Part shown: positions 25,585-38,799 of the stretch, in pieces | Layout: each line of letters begins with the position of its first letter | How positions within the stretch are numbered: the first letter of the stretch is position 1 | NCBI GenBank assembly: GCA_951406725.2 | Contig: OX597839.1 | Coordinates: 9,672,001-9,736,000 of the forward strand | Direction: 5' to 3' | Source: Octopus vulgaris | Taxonomy: Eukaryota | DNA length: 64,000 bases | Notes under the pieces: generated by a model | Databases searched by the model: none | Seen by the model: the letters and a program-made list of their open reading frames with translations, nothing else | Told to the model about the DNA's origin: nothing | Position numbers and translations under genes: made by a program

Positions 25585-26220
25585 CATATTTGGATTAGTG
25601 TCCTCATCTTGATTGTTGTAGTCAAAATGTTTTAGCCACTACACCCTCCAGTTTTCTTTAAATGCCCCTCATATTTATTAACATTCTCAGAATTTCAAAC
25701 TAAACCCTTTATTAAATTCCTGAAGCATAGCTATTCTCCTACCTACATTACCACTAGTTCTTTCTACTCTAACCAGAATATATAGAGACATATGTAAAAT
25801 TCAAAAATTGAACTAATGCCAAAAATGTAAACCATAACCATGTAAACTACAACACTAAACACCTAAGATTTAATTATTTATCCCCACTTAAACATGAACT
25901 AGCACTATGACCCGGCATTGCAATTTGGGAAGTACCTTTTCTTTAAGTTTGGTTAATGTAGACACCATGTGTCCACATTGCAGTAAATAATGTTGTACAG
26001 GTGTTATTCAATGGTAAGGCTCTTTCTATTTGATACTGGAAATGATTTCTCTTGCATTGTTTTATTGTTGTGTATACCTTATCTTAAGCCATTAAGTCCC
26101 ACCGTCCTATAAATAGGACACTAAATGAGAACATCAAATAAACTATATCACATTGTCTCAGTGTCCTATTTATAGGACACCAAGTATTTCCATTTCTACT
26201 TAAAGTAGTTTTAATAATTA

Positions 26221-26585
26221 CTAGCACTATGACCCGGCGTCGCCAGGGTCATAGTGCTAGTGCATGCATATACAGCTGCGTGTGTGTGCACATACACGCG
26301 AGTACTGTCCAAATCTCCGACCAATCACATACAGCTAGCTGGCATTCAATTGGCGTATCAAGTTTCAGGCATTTTGATTGGGTTTTGGATAGAAAATTCA
26401 CAAAAAAGTCACTTCTATTGATTTTTTAATGGCTTTGCGGGGTGACTGGGGAAATGTAAAGATGTGCACGACCACCCTTGGACAGTTTTGAATGACCATA
26501 GAAAGTGTGAGCCCTCTAACTGAAAAATTGTGGATTTGTATAAAGGACACACACGCAAACATTTTGCCGTTTATATATATAGAGA
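26221..26585 (-). mobile_element. Non-autonomous Helitron-like element, second family
   Basis: 5' TC, 3' CTAG, terminal 15-bp hairpin ctagcactatgaccc/gggtcatagtgctag. Confidence 0.72.
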
Positions 26586-26629
26586 TGTTCTGTTAGGACA
26601 AACTATACTGCGGTAAATACCACAAGAGA

Positions 26630-26927
26630 AACTCATATTGGCCACTGCAGTATGTTCTAGCAGGACATCCAGGTTTAAGTGGGGATAAATATTACATCTA
26701 GGGCAATTAATTAGATGATGGAAATTAAGACACAAAACAATTAGGTTTAAAACTCAATGTCAAGGAAAGGACATGTTAACTCATATTGGCCACTGCAGTA
26801 TGTTCTAGCAGAACATCCAGGTTTAAGTGGGGATAAATATTACATCTAGGGCAATTAATTAGATGATGGAAATTAAGACACAAAACAATTAGGTTTAAAA
26901 CTCAATGTCAAGGAAAGGACATGTTAA
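26630..26927. repeat. Near-perfect 148-bp tandem duplication
   Basis: aactcatattggccactgcag starts at 26630 and again at 26778. Confidence 0.93.
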
Positions 26928-27037
26928 ATACACTCAAAAACAACAGGATGGTCACAGCTGAAAAGTCTGTGATCCTAGGTCTGCTCAATCAGGGCTGATT
27001 TGAAACTAAACAATAACAACAACAATAGTGTACTGAC

Positions 27038-27224
27038 CACTTGCAGTTTGACTTGTAGACAAATGGATTTTCGTTTCAAATTGGCTCCAGAAGAGGTCAA
27101 AGTTCGGCGCATACTTGCAGCTCGGCGCAGTGATGAAGTAGGTTTCTCAGCGCCAATGGAAGAACTACTCACAGTTGTAGAGATAGCACCCCGTATTGTT
27201 GTGAAAAGGTCACTTATGTTATTC
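27038..27224 (-). CDS. MYO18A: Myosin-XVIII exon with extended loop 2 (SLRRAASMRRT...KRKSICLQVKLQV)
   Basis: 187 nt, tttcag acceptor, GTCAGT donor, phase 2/0. Confidence 0.92.
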
Positions 27225-28045
27225 CTGAAATGATCAGAAGATAATTGTGTTAATTCAGCATAGTTTACATAACAATTCCAAATTGGGATAAACAAAAATG
27301 TTAATATAAAAATGAATGCACGACAATGAGAATCTTAAGAGGGATTTATGAAAATGTTATTTCAGAAATATTTATTTGATAATGATATTTAAAGAAAGGA
27401 TTGAATGAGTGTTATTAGGTGATAATGCAATTTTGATGATGATAAGGTGATGATAATAATTTCCAGATGGATAGATAACAATGTAATTTCTATAGGAGTG
27501 GTTGTGTGGTAAGTAGCTTGCTTACCAACCACATGGTTCCGGGTTCAGTCCCACTGTGTGGCACCTTGAGCAAGTGTCTTCTACTATAAACTTGGGCCGA
27601 CCAAAGCCTTGTGAGTGGATTTGGTAGTCAGAAACTGAAAGAAGCCCGTTGTATATATGTATATATATATATGTGTGTGTGTGTGTATGTGTGTCTGTAT
27701 CTGTCCCCCCAACATCACTTGACAACCGATTGAATGAGGTTAACATTGCCCTGCAGATTTCCATCTGATAAGGCCTCTTATGTATATGCCTCAAAATAGT
27801 GAGAGAGCTCACGTAAGAATAAGGAGAAAAGAAGGGGTGGAGGGTTGATGAGAGAGTTAGATTTAGTGGCATCCTTAGTCACACTGGAAGCAATGTATGA
27901 TGAACAAAAGATATCCACTGCTATCCGTCCTTTGTCACATTGGTGAAATTGAGAAGACAGTGTGACAGAGAGATGCACAATGAGACACGGGGCATGAGTG
28001 CTAGAGGCATGAGTGACAAATGCAGAGATGATGAAGTCATGAATG

Positions 28046-28341
28046 TTTGTTCCTTCTCGAGCCATGCCTGGTTCATAAGGGCCAGTTTCCCAGTTTCCTT
28101 GGTGTATAGGTTCCCCACCTGGATGGGACGCTGGTCCATCACAGGTGAGCTGCAAGATGCAGGAGGAAAGAGTGAGAGAAAGTTGTGGCGAAGGAGTCAG
28201 CAGAGGTTCACCATTACCTTCTGCCAGAGCAGCGTGGAGCTTAGGTGTTTCGCTCATAAACATACACATCGCCCGGTCTGAGATTCGAACCCGCGATCCC
28301 TCGACCGCGAGTCCGCTGCTCTAGCCACTAGGCCATGTGCC
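28046..28341 (-). mobile_element. tRNA-derived SINE family C flanked by a ~98-bp duplication
   Basis: Head GGCACATGGCCTAGTGG (A box) ..GGTTCGAATC (B box); flanks 27933-28045 and 28342-28439. Confidence 0.8.
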
Positions 28342-31058
28342 TGTCACATTGGTGAGATTGAGAAGACAGTGTGACAGAGAGATGCACAATGAGACACAGG
28401 GCATGAGTGACAAATGCAGAGATGATGAAGCCATGAATGACACTGGTGTGATTGATAGGTAAGTGATAAGAGAGATGTGTGATAAGAGAGACAAGTGATA
28501 AAGAACAAGCAATAAGAAGGGTATGTGATAAAAGATGTGTAATAAGAGGGATGTGCAAAAATAAAATAACTACAGAGAGGAGCCTGGTGCAGCCATCTGG
28601 CTCACCAGCTCTCAGTCAAAATCGTCCAACCCATGCTAGCATGGAAAGCGGACGTTAAACGATGATGATGATGATGATGAAAATTAAACAACACCCGGGC
28701 TTCTTCTGGATGAAAGAACCAACACATACTAACTACCATCATCAACCTTTCGAGATTAAATTCTATTTTATTTATACAACATGATACAGTATTTCCTCTC
28801 TAACAGAAAACAGCCGTCAGATTTAGACTAACTAAAGCAACCATAACTTATCTCCCTTAACATATATTTTTTTACATGGCTTTTTTTTTTTCCTTTTGCT
28901 TCTTCAAACCGTTTCTTCACAATTTTTATCTCATCTATCCGATTCTCATAGAGAATTACTGCTGTAGCTAGTCAGTTTTTTTTTTTTCGATAAAATTGCA
29001 ACAGTTTTAAATAAAGTTAGTATCAGTTCTGATAATTCATGTAACCTTTCATTAATTTCTATTTATAGAAAAAAAATAAAAAATCCCAGATTTATTATCA
29101 ACATATTCAATACACATGTGGAAACACCATTAACATTTTATCATAATTCTCCTACAACTACTATTAATAATAATACAAATTATTATTATTAGTATAGCCA
29201 TTACCAACGCCGCCCCAACGGGCATCCGTGCCGGTGGCATATAAAAAGCACCATCTGATCGTGGCCGTTGCCAGCCTCGCCTGGCCCCCGTGCCAGTGGC
29301 ACGTAAAAACCACCATCCGATTGTGGCCGTTGCCAGCCTCGCCTGGCCGTTTGCCAGCCCTCTCTGGCACCTGTGCCGGTGGCACATAAAAAGCACCCAC
29401 TACACTCATGGAGTGGTTGGCGTTAGGAAGGGCATCCAGCCCTAGAAACATTGCCAGATCAGACTGGAGCCTGGTGCAGCCTTCTGGCCTCCCAGACCCC
29501 AGTTGAACCGTCCAACCCATGCTAGCATGGAAAGCGGATGCTAAATGATTATTATTATTATTATTATTACTACTACTACAACTACTGCTACTGTTATTAA
29601 GGCAGTGAGCTAGCGGAATAATTAGCACACCAGGCAAAAATGCTTAGTGGCATTTCATTCATCTTTACGTTCTGAGTTCAAATTCCACTGAGGTCGACTT
29701 TGCCTTTCATCCTTTTGGGGCTGATAAAATAAGTGCCGATTGAGTACTGGGGCCAATGTGATTGACTAGCCAACTCCCTGAAATTGCCTGGCCCTGTGCC
29801 AAAGTTTAAAACCAATATTATATACACTTACAAGGCAGCAAGCTAGCAGAATCTATAGAACACTGGGCAAGACGCTTAGTGGCATTTCTTCCGTCTTTAC
29901 ATTCTGAGTTTAATTCCACCAAGGTTGGTTTTGCCTTTCATCCTTTCAGGATTGTTAAAATAAGTACTAGCTGAATACTGAGGTTAAGGTAATTAACTTA
30001 TACTCTCCCTTGAAATTGCTGGCCTTGTGCCAAAATTTGAAATCCTTTGAAATCCAAATCCAAATCGAAAAACATCAATGGAAATTGTAGCTGTGATACC
30101 AGTGCTGATGGTATGCAAGAGAACCATCTGATCGTGGCCGTTGCCAGCGCTGCCCCGACTGGCCTTGTGCCGGTGGCACGTAAAAAGCACCATCCGATCG
30201 TAGCCGTTTGCCAGCCTCGTCTGGCACGTAAAAAGCACCCACTACACTCACGGAGTGGTTGGCGTTAGGAAGGGCATCCAGCCGTAGAAACATTGCCAGA
30301 TCAGACTGGGCCAGGTGCAGCCTTCTGGCTTCCCAGACCCCGGTCGAACCAGCCAACCCATGCTAGCATGGAAAGCGGATGCTAAAGAATGATGATGATG
30401 ATGATTATTATTATTAAGGTGACAAGCTGGGAGAATCGTTAACATGCCAGACAAAATGCTTAGCAGCATTTCGTCCGTCTTCACATTCTAAGTTCAAATT
30501 CTGCTGAGGTCCACTTTGTCTCTCTTCCTTTTGGGGTTCTGGCCTTGTGTCAAAATTTGAAACCATTATTATTACTGGTGGTGGTAGTGGCGATGGTGGT
30601 GATGGTGGTGGTGGTAGTAGAAGTAGTAGCAGCAGCGATACCACCACCACCATTACTACTAAAAAAAGATGTTCAGTTGCAGAATCAGTGTAAAAGCCAG
30701 ACAAAATGTCATGAAGAATGACCTCAGGACACTGAGCCTTTCAGATGAAATGACAAAGAACCAAGATGTTTGGTGCCTTGCTATACTGAAGAAGACCTGT
30801 ACCCTACAGCAGAAGTGATATGACTGCCCCCCCTGGTGAAAACGGTTGGCCTGCAAGAGCTCTGTGCTGGCGCCACATGAAAAGCACCCAGGACACTCAT
30901 ACTGTGCCAGGTAAAAGCACCCAGTACACTCTGTAAAGTAGTTCGCTTTAGCAAGGTCACCCAGCCATAGAAACCATGTCAAATCAGACTGGAGCAACTT
31001 TCCAATTTGCCAGCTCTGGTCAAACCATCCAAGCCATGCCATCATTAAATGATGATGA

Positions 31059-31112
<54 letters not shown>

Positions 31113-32943
31113 GGCCCCCCCCCTGGCACCTGTGCAGGTGGCACGTAAAAAGCACCCACTACACTCGCGGAGTGGTTGGCATTAGGAAGGGCATCCAGCC
31201 GTAGAAACTCTGCCAGATCAGACTGGAGCCTGGAGCAGCCCCTGGCTTCCCAGACCCCGGTCGAACCGTCCAACCCGTGCTAGCACGGAAAACGGACGTT
31301 AAACGATGATGATGATGATGATATATATATATATAATTAAAATTTAGAGGTAAACAAAAAACGAAGACAGGTGTATAAACAACAAACAGGTGTACTAGTT
31401 TGACATTCAGGAAGGTGAGAAAGTCTTTTACATTTTGAAACTACGCTCTTCAACAGAAAGGAACATGAGGAAATAAACAGAGAGAAAAAAAAAACTTATC
31501 ATATATATACACACATATATATATACACACATATATATATACACACATGGTAACCTTCTCAGTGCTGGTGTTACATAAAAAGCATCCAGTCCACACTGTA
31601 AAGTGGTTGGCATTTGGAAGGGCATCCAGCCAAAACTAACCTTGCTTGTGCTATTGTCATGTAAAAAGCAGTGAGTCCACTCTGCAGAGTGGCTGGTGTT
31701 AGGAAGGGCATCTTGCCCAAAAAATCTGTTTTGGCAAGATTTTTTGGCTGTAAAAATCTTGCCAAAACAGACATAGTAGCTTGAGGGTAGTCTTCTACTC
31801 AGCTGGCTCCTGTCAACCATCCTACCCATGCATGCATGGAGGATGGATGTTAAACAATGATATACATACATACATACATACACACAGATATATTTATAGG
31901 GGGTAACTTTTTTTTGCACATCCAGTGCTTGACAGCTGGCATTGATTTGTTTATGCTCCTGTAGCTCAGCAGTTTGGCAGGAGGCCAATAAAATAAGTAC
32001 CAGACTTTAAAAATATGTTCTGGAGTCAATTTGTTCAGCTAAACCTTCCAAGGTGGTGCCCAACACGGCTACAGTAAAATGACTGAAACAAGGAAAAGAT
32101 AAAAGATTCTAGAGCCATTTGTAGCCAATTTATTATGACACAGTGATATCACTATGGTGATAACTCACCTCCCCATGAAACAAAAGATATCAGTAAGTGA
32201 GGTGTAATAACATATATATAAATATTTCATTTTGTATTTGGTTTCCAAGATTCTTGATGTGAATTCGTGTGCTGAAGCGTATTTTATTGTGTCTGGGGAG
32301 GGTTTTTTCTGTTTTAATGCCTTATTAATTAACACACTCAGTGGTTTGATTTCAACTCATTTATTCTTTCTAAAATTTTTGTTGCTTATTGCAACCTCTT
32401 CAATAGTTGTTGACTGTCCATTATTGGAGCTGTGTTCTTTTTGTGCGCTGTATGTGCATCAGTGTGCATGTATGCATGTGTGTATGCATATATATATATA
32501 TATATGTATGTGTACATTTGTATGTAGACATATATATATATATATATAAGCAAAAATAAATCTCTGAACGAGGTATATATATATATATATATATATACAT
32601 AAGTAAATGGATATGTAAGTAAACAGATAAATAATTAGATAGGTAGGTAAATAGGTAATACAGACAAGCATACATACATACACAAAAGAAGACTGAAACA
32701 CATGACCATATATATATATATATATATATATACATACACATGCACACACACAAGAACACACATGGAGACACATCCATACATAACAGATGTATGTACATAG
32801 TCATACAAACACATGAATATGCAGACTACATATTAAAAAGCATGCACATATATATGCATACATGCACACATACATATATGCTTGCATGCATACATACATG
32901 TATACACATGCACACTAAAGCAGGTCTATGAGTGAATGATTAC

Positions 32944-33103
32944 CTGTTGGAGTCTTGAAGGATGTGAATGGCAATTTTGCTGACACTGTTCTCTCGACAA
33001 GCTTTTAACCATCCAGTAGCATTGTACTGGACTGGGTTGGTACCTTGGAAGTGATTCAAAATAAATGTGTGTCCAAGGGAGCCCTTCCTCAGCAAACTGT
33101 CGC
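32944..33103 (-). CDS. MYO18A: Myosin-XVIII exon DSLLRKG...FILNHFQGTNPVQYNATGWLK...LQDSN
   Basis: 160 nt, tgttcag acceptor, GTAATC donor, phase 1/2. Confidence 0.93.
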
Positions 33104-33469
33104 CTGAACAATTCACAAAAACACAAAAAGTTAAGAACAAGAAAATTCAATGTACCTAAAACAAACAATCAAAACAAAATGTATTTGGAATTTTACAAAG
33201 TAGAACACTCAGTACATGATATAGATATATACATACATACATACAAATATATATATATAGGCGCGGGCATGGCTGTGTGGTTAGGGAGCTTGCTTCCTAG
33301 CTACATGGTTTCGGGTTCAGTCCCACTGCGTGGCACTTTGGGTAGGTGTCTTCTGCTATAGCCCCGAGCCGACCGAAGCTTTGTGATTGAATTCGGCAGG
33401 CGGAAGTTACTGCCGTGTGTGTACATGTACGTGTAGGTGCTTGTGCCTCTCCCAAAGAGAGAGAGAGAG

Positions 33470-33521
<52 letters not shown>

Positions 33522-33544
33522 GGAGAGAAAGAGAGAGAGAGAGA

Positions 33545-33916
33545 GCACCATCCGAGCGTGATTGTTGCCAGAGCAGCCAACTAGCTTCCGTGCCAGTAGC
33601 ATGTAAAAGGGCACCATTCGAGTGTGATCGTTACCAACGTCGCCTTACTTGCACCTGTGCTGGTGGCATGTGTGAAAGGATTTGAGCGACGTCGTTGCCA
33701 GTACCTCCTGACTGGCCCCTGTGCCGGTGGCATGAAAAAAGCACCCACTACACTCTTGGAGTGGTTGGCGTTAGGAAGGGCATCCAGCTGTAGAAACTCT
33801 GCCAAATCAAGATTGGACTCTGGTGCAGCCATCTGGTTTGCCAGCCCTCAGTCAAAATCGTCCAACCCATGCTAGCATGGAAAGCGGACGTTAAATGATG
33901 ATGATGATGATGATGA
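33545..33916 (+). mobile_element. RTE 3'-tail repeat ending ...ggaaagcggacgttaaa(c/t)gatgatg; representative copy
   Basis: Matches the 3' end of the LINE at 38340-38495. Other copies near 200-302, 19630-19873, 21332-21565(-), 28579-28679, 29197-29550, 30050-30404, 31125-31321, 42960-43147, 46640-47005(-), 61775-62012, 62840-63062(-). Confidence 0.85.
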
Positions 33917-35165
33917 TATAAACAAAAATGAGCTAAGAGAAATAACTTAGAGTGGCCAGAAATAATTATAAAATAATTAAGAAAATAAAGAAAATAATGA
34001 AATAAAGTCAAATAGAGTGAGGTAAAGTCAATAGGACCAACTAATCCCCTTCTCTTGAAAACGGTCAACCATATGGTTCAGAAAAATGCTTTCACAAGAG
34101 ATGATACAGGTGGTAGTTTCCCATATATTTGTACTTTGGTTGGATGACGCTTCCATGAGAGATTTTGAGCTCTCATAAGGAGGCGAATGTAAGTTCCATC
34201 CAACCGCCTCTCAAGTGGTTGAGAGGCAGTTGCATATTTAGGAACATTAAGTTTGGCTTATATAGGCTCACCATGCTAATCTGTTGTGATTGGTTGAAAT
34301 AGCCATCATAAGAGTTACTGGACTTTTATTGAGCCCTGTGTTGTGATTAGTTGAATGTTGCACAGGAATTGGATCAAAGGTCCAATCTCGTTGCACATAT
34401 ATTTCAAACGACTAATCCTGTATCTGTCCTGGACCCTCTTTTTCTCTATAAATTAGTGCAACAAATTGTTTACGAGTTAGAGGGGGTGAGAGCTCTCATT
34501 GATGCAAGTTTGCAGATCCTGCTGTTCAGAGGAGAATTGATATATAACAGAGCAACAAGTGATAATTCAAAACAGTCTGGTTCAGAGATGCTGTGAACTG
34601 AGTTTTCTCTATAACAAAATACAGTGAATGGCTGTCAAGCATATTTGAACCGGTAACAAGTTTATATTTATATAAATCGCTGCTTAGTGCTGTCAATGAA
34701 TACACTCTGTCAAAAGGATTCTTACTACAGTATTTGTCCTCTCTGCAGTAACTGGCCGCCTACTAACAGTGTGTATACATTAAACAAGATACATAGATGT
34801 CTGTTTTAATTAAATACTGCCTCAGTCAGGATATACAGGATACTTAAACATGATTTAGTGATGTGAGGAAAGAGTCTCAAAGGTACAAGTCAGATATACC
34901 GTAAATCCTCAAGTATAATCCACATTTTCCCCCCAAAATTTAAAGGTCAAAATCCCTAGTGCATACTATATACAAGGTTAAAAATGAAAAATATGAAAAA
35001 TATTTTCTAAGCAACGTCTGAGTCTCATCTAACTGTCTTTCTCAAAGAATGCACACAATGATAATGAAGCCTCAAATATATCAGGTTTCAATCAAAAACA
35101 TATTGGCTACAGTTGGATTTGGGCTGCCCAGCAGGGTAAAGAGGGAGGAAGAGGACAGCACTTAC

Positions 35166-35310
35166 GTTTGACGGGATGGTCTCCATGATGCGTAAACAGT
35201 CGTTCCATGAAAGAATCTTCGGTGGCACCAGGAAAGATGGCTTCATCATCAAGTAACCAGAGAAGACCCTTTTTGTCAGCATCCCGTAGATCTTGGTTTG
35301 ATGCTCTCAA
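35166..35310 (-). CDS. MYO18A: Myosin-XVIII exon LRASNQD...GLLWLLDDEAIFPGATEDSFMERL
   Basis: 145 nt, tgatag acceptor, GTAAGT donor, phase 0/1; GLLWLLDDE motif as in class 18. Confidence 0.93.
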
Positions 35311-35473
35311 CTATCAAAAAAACAGACACATAAACATAGGATTACCTTCATAATACTTTATTTCCGTCCTGCTACAATCTTTTTTAACAATACAGGCATT
35401 TAATATAATAATAATATATTTTTTATTGTTATTACTATTATTATTGTTATACATACATACATACATAATAATG

Positions 35474-35525
<52 letters not shown>

Positions 35526-35951
35526 GGGGTGTAAACACATGAACAAAATAAGAATAAACAAAAACAAAAAACAAATTACACGAACGTATATAAACAGGAG
35601 ATACAAATATTACAGGCATTCCCCCCCACACACACACACTAACTAAACATAGACGCACATAGAGATATACGCATGTGCAAATGAAAACACATACATTAGA
35701 AATACAAAATGGCTGACGGTTAGTAAGGGAAAGACACACAAATAAGAAAGAAAAAAGCAAAGGACCACTGATGAGGTCACAGGAGTGTGACGAAAGAACT
35801 CTGGCCGAAATAAGATTAAGATTAATGTAAAAAAATAAATAATGCTGAAGCAAGGTGACACCAAATATATAGTGCATGTGTTTTTATTGGCTAAACTGGC
35901 AAAATGACCATTCCTAAATACAACAATAAATAAATTTTAATTTTATAATTA

Positions 35952-38495
35952 GAAGCATGAAGACAGGGAAAGCCCCAGGCCCATCAGGAATTACTGCAGA
36001 GATGCTCAAAATATCTGGCAGTGTCGGCTATAACCTAGTCACCCGTATAGTCAACCAGGTGATACACGAAGGAGTCATACCCAATGACTGGTGTAGCAGC
36101 ATACTAGTCAACTGCTACAAAGGTAAAGGTGATGCCCTAGATACAAATAATTACAGAGGTATCAAGCTGTTGGATCAGGTAATGAAGGTTACAGAGAGGG
36201 TCATAGCCCAACTAATTAGAGAGAGAGTTAGTTTAGATGAGATGCTGTTTGGGTTTGTGCCAGGGAAAAGCACCACTGATGCTATATTCCTGGTAAGGCA
36301 GCTGCAGGAGAAATACCTAGCCAAAGATAAGCCCCTGTACCTGGCTTTCGTTGACATGGAGAAAGCCTTTGATAGGGTCCCCCGATCCCTCATCTGGTGG
36401 TCAATGAGGAAACTAGGGATAGATGAATGGCTGTTGAGGGCTGTGCAAGCCATGTACAGAGATGCCGTAAGTAAGGTTAGGGTTGGCAACATGTACACAG
36501 AAGAATTCAAAGTAGAGGTTGGGGTCCACCAGGGTTCAGTACTCAGCCCCCTCCTATTTATCATAGTCCTCCAGGCAATTGTGGAGGAATTCAAGACAGG
36601 TTGCCCCTGGGAGCTCCTCTATGCTGACGACCTCGCTCTAATTGCTGAGTCACTATCAGAACTGGAGGAGAAGTTCCAGGTGTGGAAGGAGGGTTTAGAA
36701 TCGAGGGGCCTTAGAGTCAACCTAGCTAAAACCAAAGTACTAATAAGTAGAAAGGTAGACAATCCACAAATATCCTCAGGAAGATGGCCCTGCTCGATCT
36801 GTAGAAAAGGTGTAGGTAGAAACTCTATAAGATGTACCCAGTGTAAGCTATGGTCACATAAGAGGTGCAGCAATGTCAAAGGTAGGCTAACTGGGAAGAT
36901 AGTTTTTGTATGTGGCAGATGCTCGGGAGCATTGACCTCCGAAAATCTGCAGAAAACAACTTCCGTCACTTTCCGGAGGGAAAAACTAGAAGTGGTTGAT
37001 AGCTTCCGCTATCTAGGTGACCAAGTCAGTAGTGGGGGTGGGTGCGCTGAAAGTGTAACTGCTAGAATAAGAATAGCCTGGGCAAAGTTTAGGGAGCTCT
37101 TACCTCTGCTGGTGACTAAAGGCCTCTCACTCAGAGTAAAAGGCAGACTGTATGATGCATGTGTACGAACAGCTATGCTACATGGCAGTGAAACATGGGC
37201 TGTGACTGCTGAGGACATGCGTAAGCTCGTGAGGAACGAAGCAGTATGCTCCGATGGATGTGTAATGTCAGTGTACTTACTCGACAGAGCGTTAGTACCC
37301 TGAGAGAAATGTTGTACCTAAGAAGCATCAGTTGTGGTGTGCAAGAGAGACGATTGCGCTGGTATGGTCATGTGGCGAGAATGAATGAAGATAGGTGTGT
37401 GAGAAAGTGCCAATCCCTAGCAGTTGAGGGAACCCGTGGAAGAGGTAGACCCAGGAAAACCTGGGACAAGGTGGTGAAGCACGACCTTCGGACGTTAGGT
37501 CTCGCCATGGAAATGACTAGAGACCGAGACCTATGGAAGTATGCTGTGCGTGAGAAGACCCGGCAAGACTAGTGAAGCCATAACCTGTGGCCCCTACCTG
37601 GGACGTAGTCAGTCCACCTGTGCATACCTTCCTTCTTGTGACACTTGTGAAGACCTGTTGAGGCAAGTGAGAATCAAATCAAATCAAATCAAATCGAACC
37701 AAATCAAAATAGATGAACATCAATGGAATTTGTATCCTTGTGGTACCAGTGCTGGTGGCACATAAGAAAACCATCCGAACGTGACCGTAGCCAGTACCGC
37801 AACGACTGGCCTCCGTGCTGAGGGCACGTAACAAACACCATCCGAGCGTGGCCGTTCGCCAGCCTCGTCTGGCACCTGTGTCGGTGACACATAAGAAAAC
37901 ACCATCCGAACGTGGCCGTCTGCCAGCCTCGTCTGGCACCTGTGTCGGTGGCACATAAAAAACACCATCCGAGCGTGGCCGTCTGCCAGCCTCGTCTGGC
38001 ACCTGTGTCGGTGGCACATAAAAAACACCATCCGAGCGTGGCCGTCTGCCAGCCTCGTCTGGCACCTGTGTCGGTGGCACATAAAAACACCATCCGAGCG
38101 TGGCCGTCTGCCAGCCTCGTCTGGCACCTGTGTCGGTGGCACATAAAAAACACCATCCGAACGTGGCCGTCTGCCAGCCTCGTCTGGCACCTGTGTCGGT
38201 GGCACATAAAAACACCATCCGAGCGTGGCCGTCTGCCAGCCTCGTCTGGCACCTGTGTCGGTGGCACATAAAAAACACCATCCGAGCGTGGCCGTCTGCC
38301 AGCCTCGTCTGGCACCTGTGTCGGTGGCACATAGAACACTCTCGGAGTGGTTGGCGTTAGGAAGGGCATCCAGCTGTAGAAACACTGCCAGATCTGACTG
38401 GCCTGGTGCAGCCTTCGGGCTTGCCAGACCCCAGTTGAACCGTCCAACCCATGCTAGCATGGAAAGCGGACGTTAAACGATGATGATGATGATGA
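35952..38495 (+). mobile_element. 5'-truncated RTE-clade LINE: RT ORF, PHD-like finger, 3' UTR with VNTR, (GAT)n tail
   Basis: KAPGP, NYRGIKLL, FVDMEKAFD, GVHQGSVLSPLLF, LYADD, FRYLG, LHGSETW and RGRGRPRKTW motifs; one frameshift near 37243; stop at 37572. Confidence 0.93.
37768..38335 (+). repeat. Minisatellite, ~62-63 bp unit, about 9 copies, in the RTE 3' region
   Basis: Unit acataaaaaacaccatccgagcgtggccgtctgccagcctcgtctggcacctgtgtcggtggc; copies nearly identical apart from A-run length. Confidence 0.95.
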
Positions 38496-38799
38496 ATTAA
38501 TCTTTGAACTGTTGCCATGGTTGGATACCAGCATATTGAAGAGTATAGCAGTTGAGTATATTGACCACAATACTTGACTGAAAGTAAATTTCATCTGTCT
38601 TGGCAGGATGAAAAGTTGACCAGTAGTGAGATTTTAACTCAGAACATAAAGGGAGGTAAATCAAATACGATGACGTACTTTTAACTGATGCTTTACCATA
38701 TTTGCTCTGTGTGTGCGTGTGTGTGAAATAGCACAAATGGCAGAGTAAGAAACAAAACAGATGGACAACATGAAAGATTATGACAGGCATAAAAATTTG

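Noticed and set aside
28272-28341. tRNA gene; similar heads near 55493-55568, 59790-59868 and 60391-60468
   Set aside because: No proper acceptor stem; these are SINE heads.
34351-34596. 81-aa plus-strand ORF
   Set aside because: No recognisable domain or splice context; the region 34070-34990 may be an old transposon relic I cannot classify.
37768-38335. CRISPR-like regular array and long overlapping ORFs
   Set aside because: Units are contiguous with no unique spacers and no cas genes; it is a VNTR, and the ORFs are repeat artefacts.
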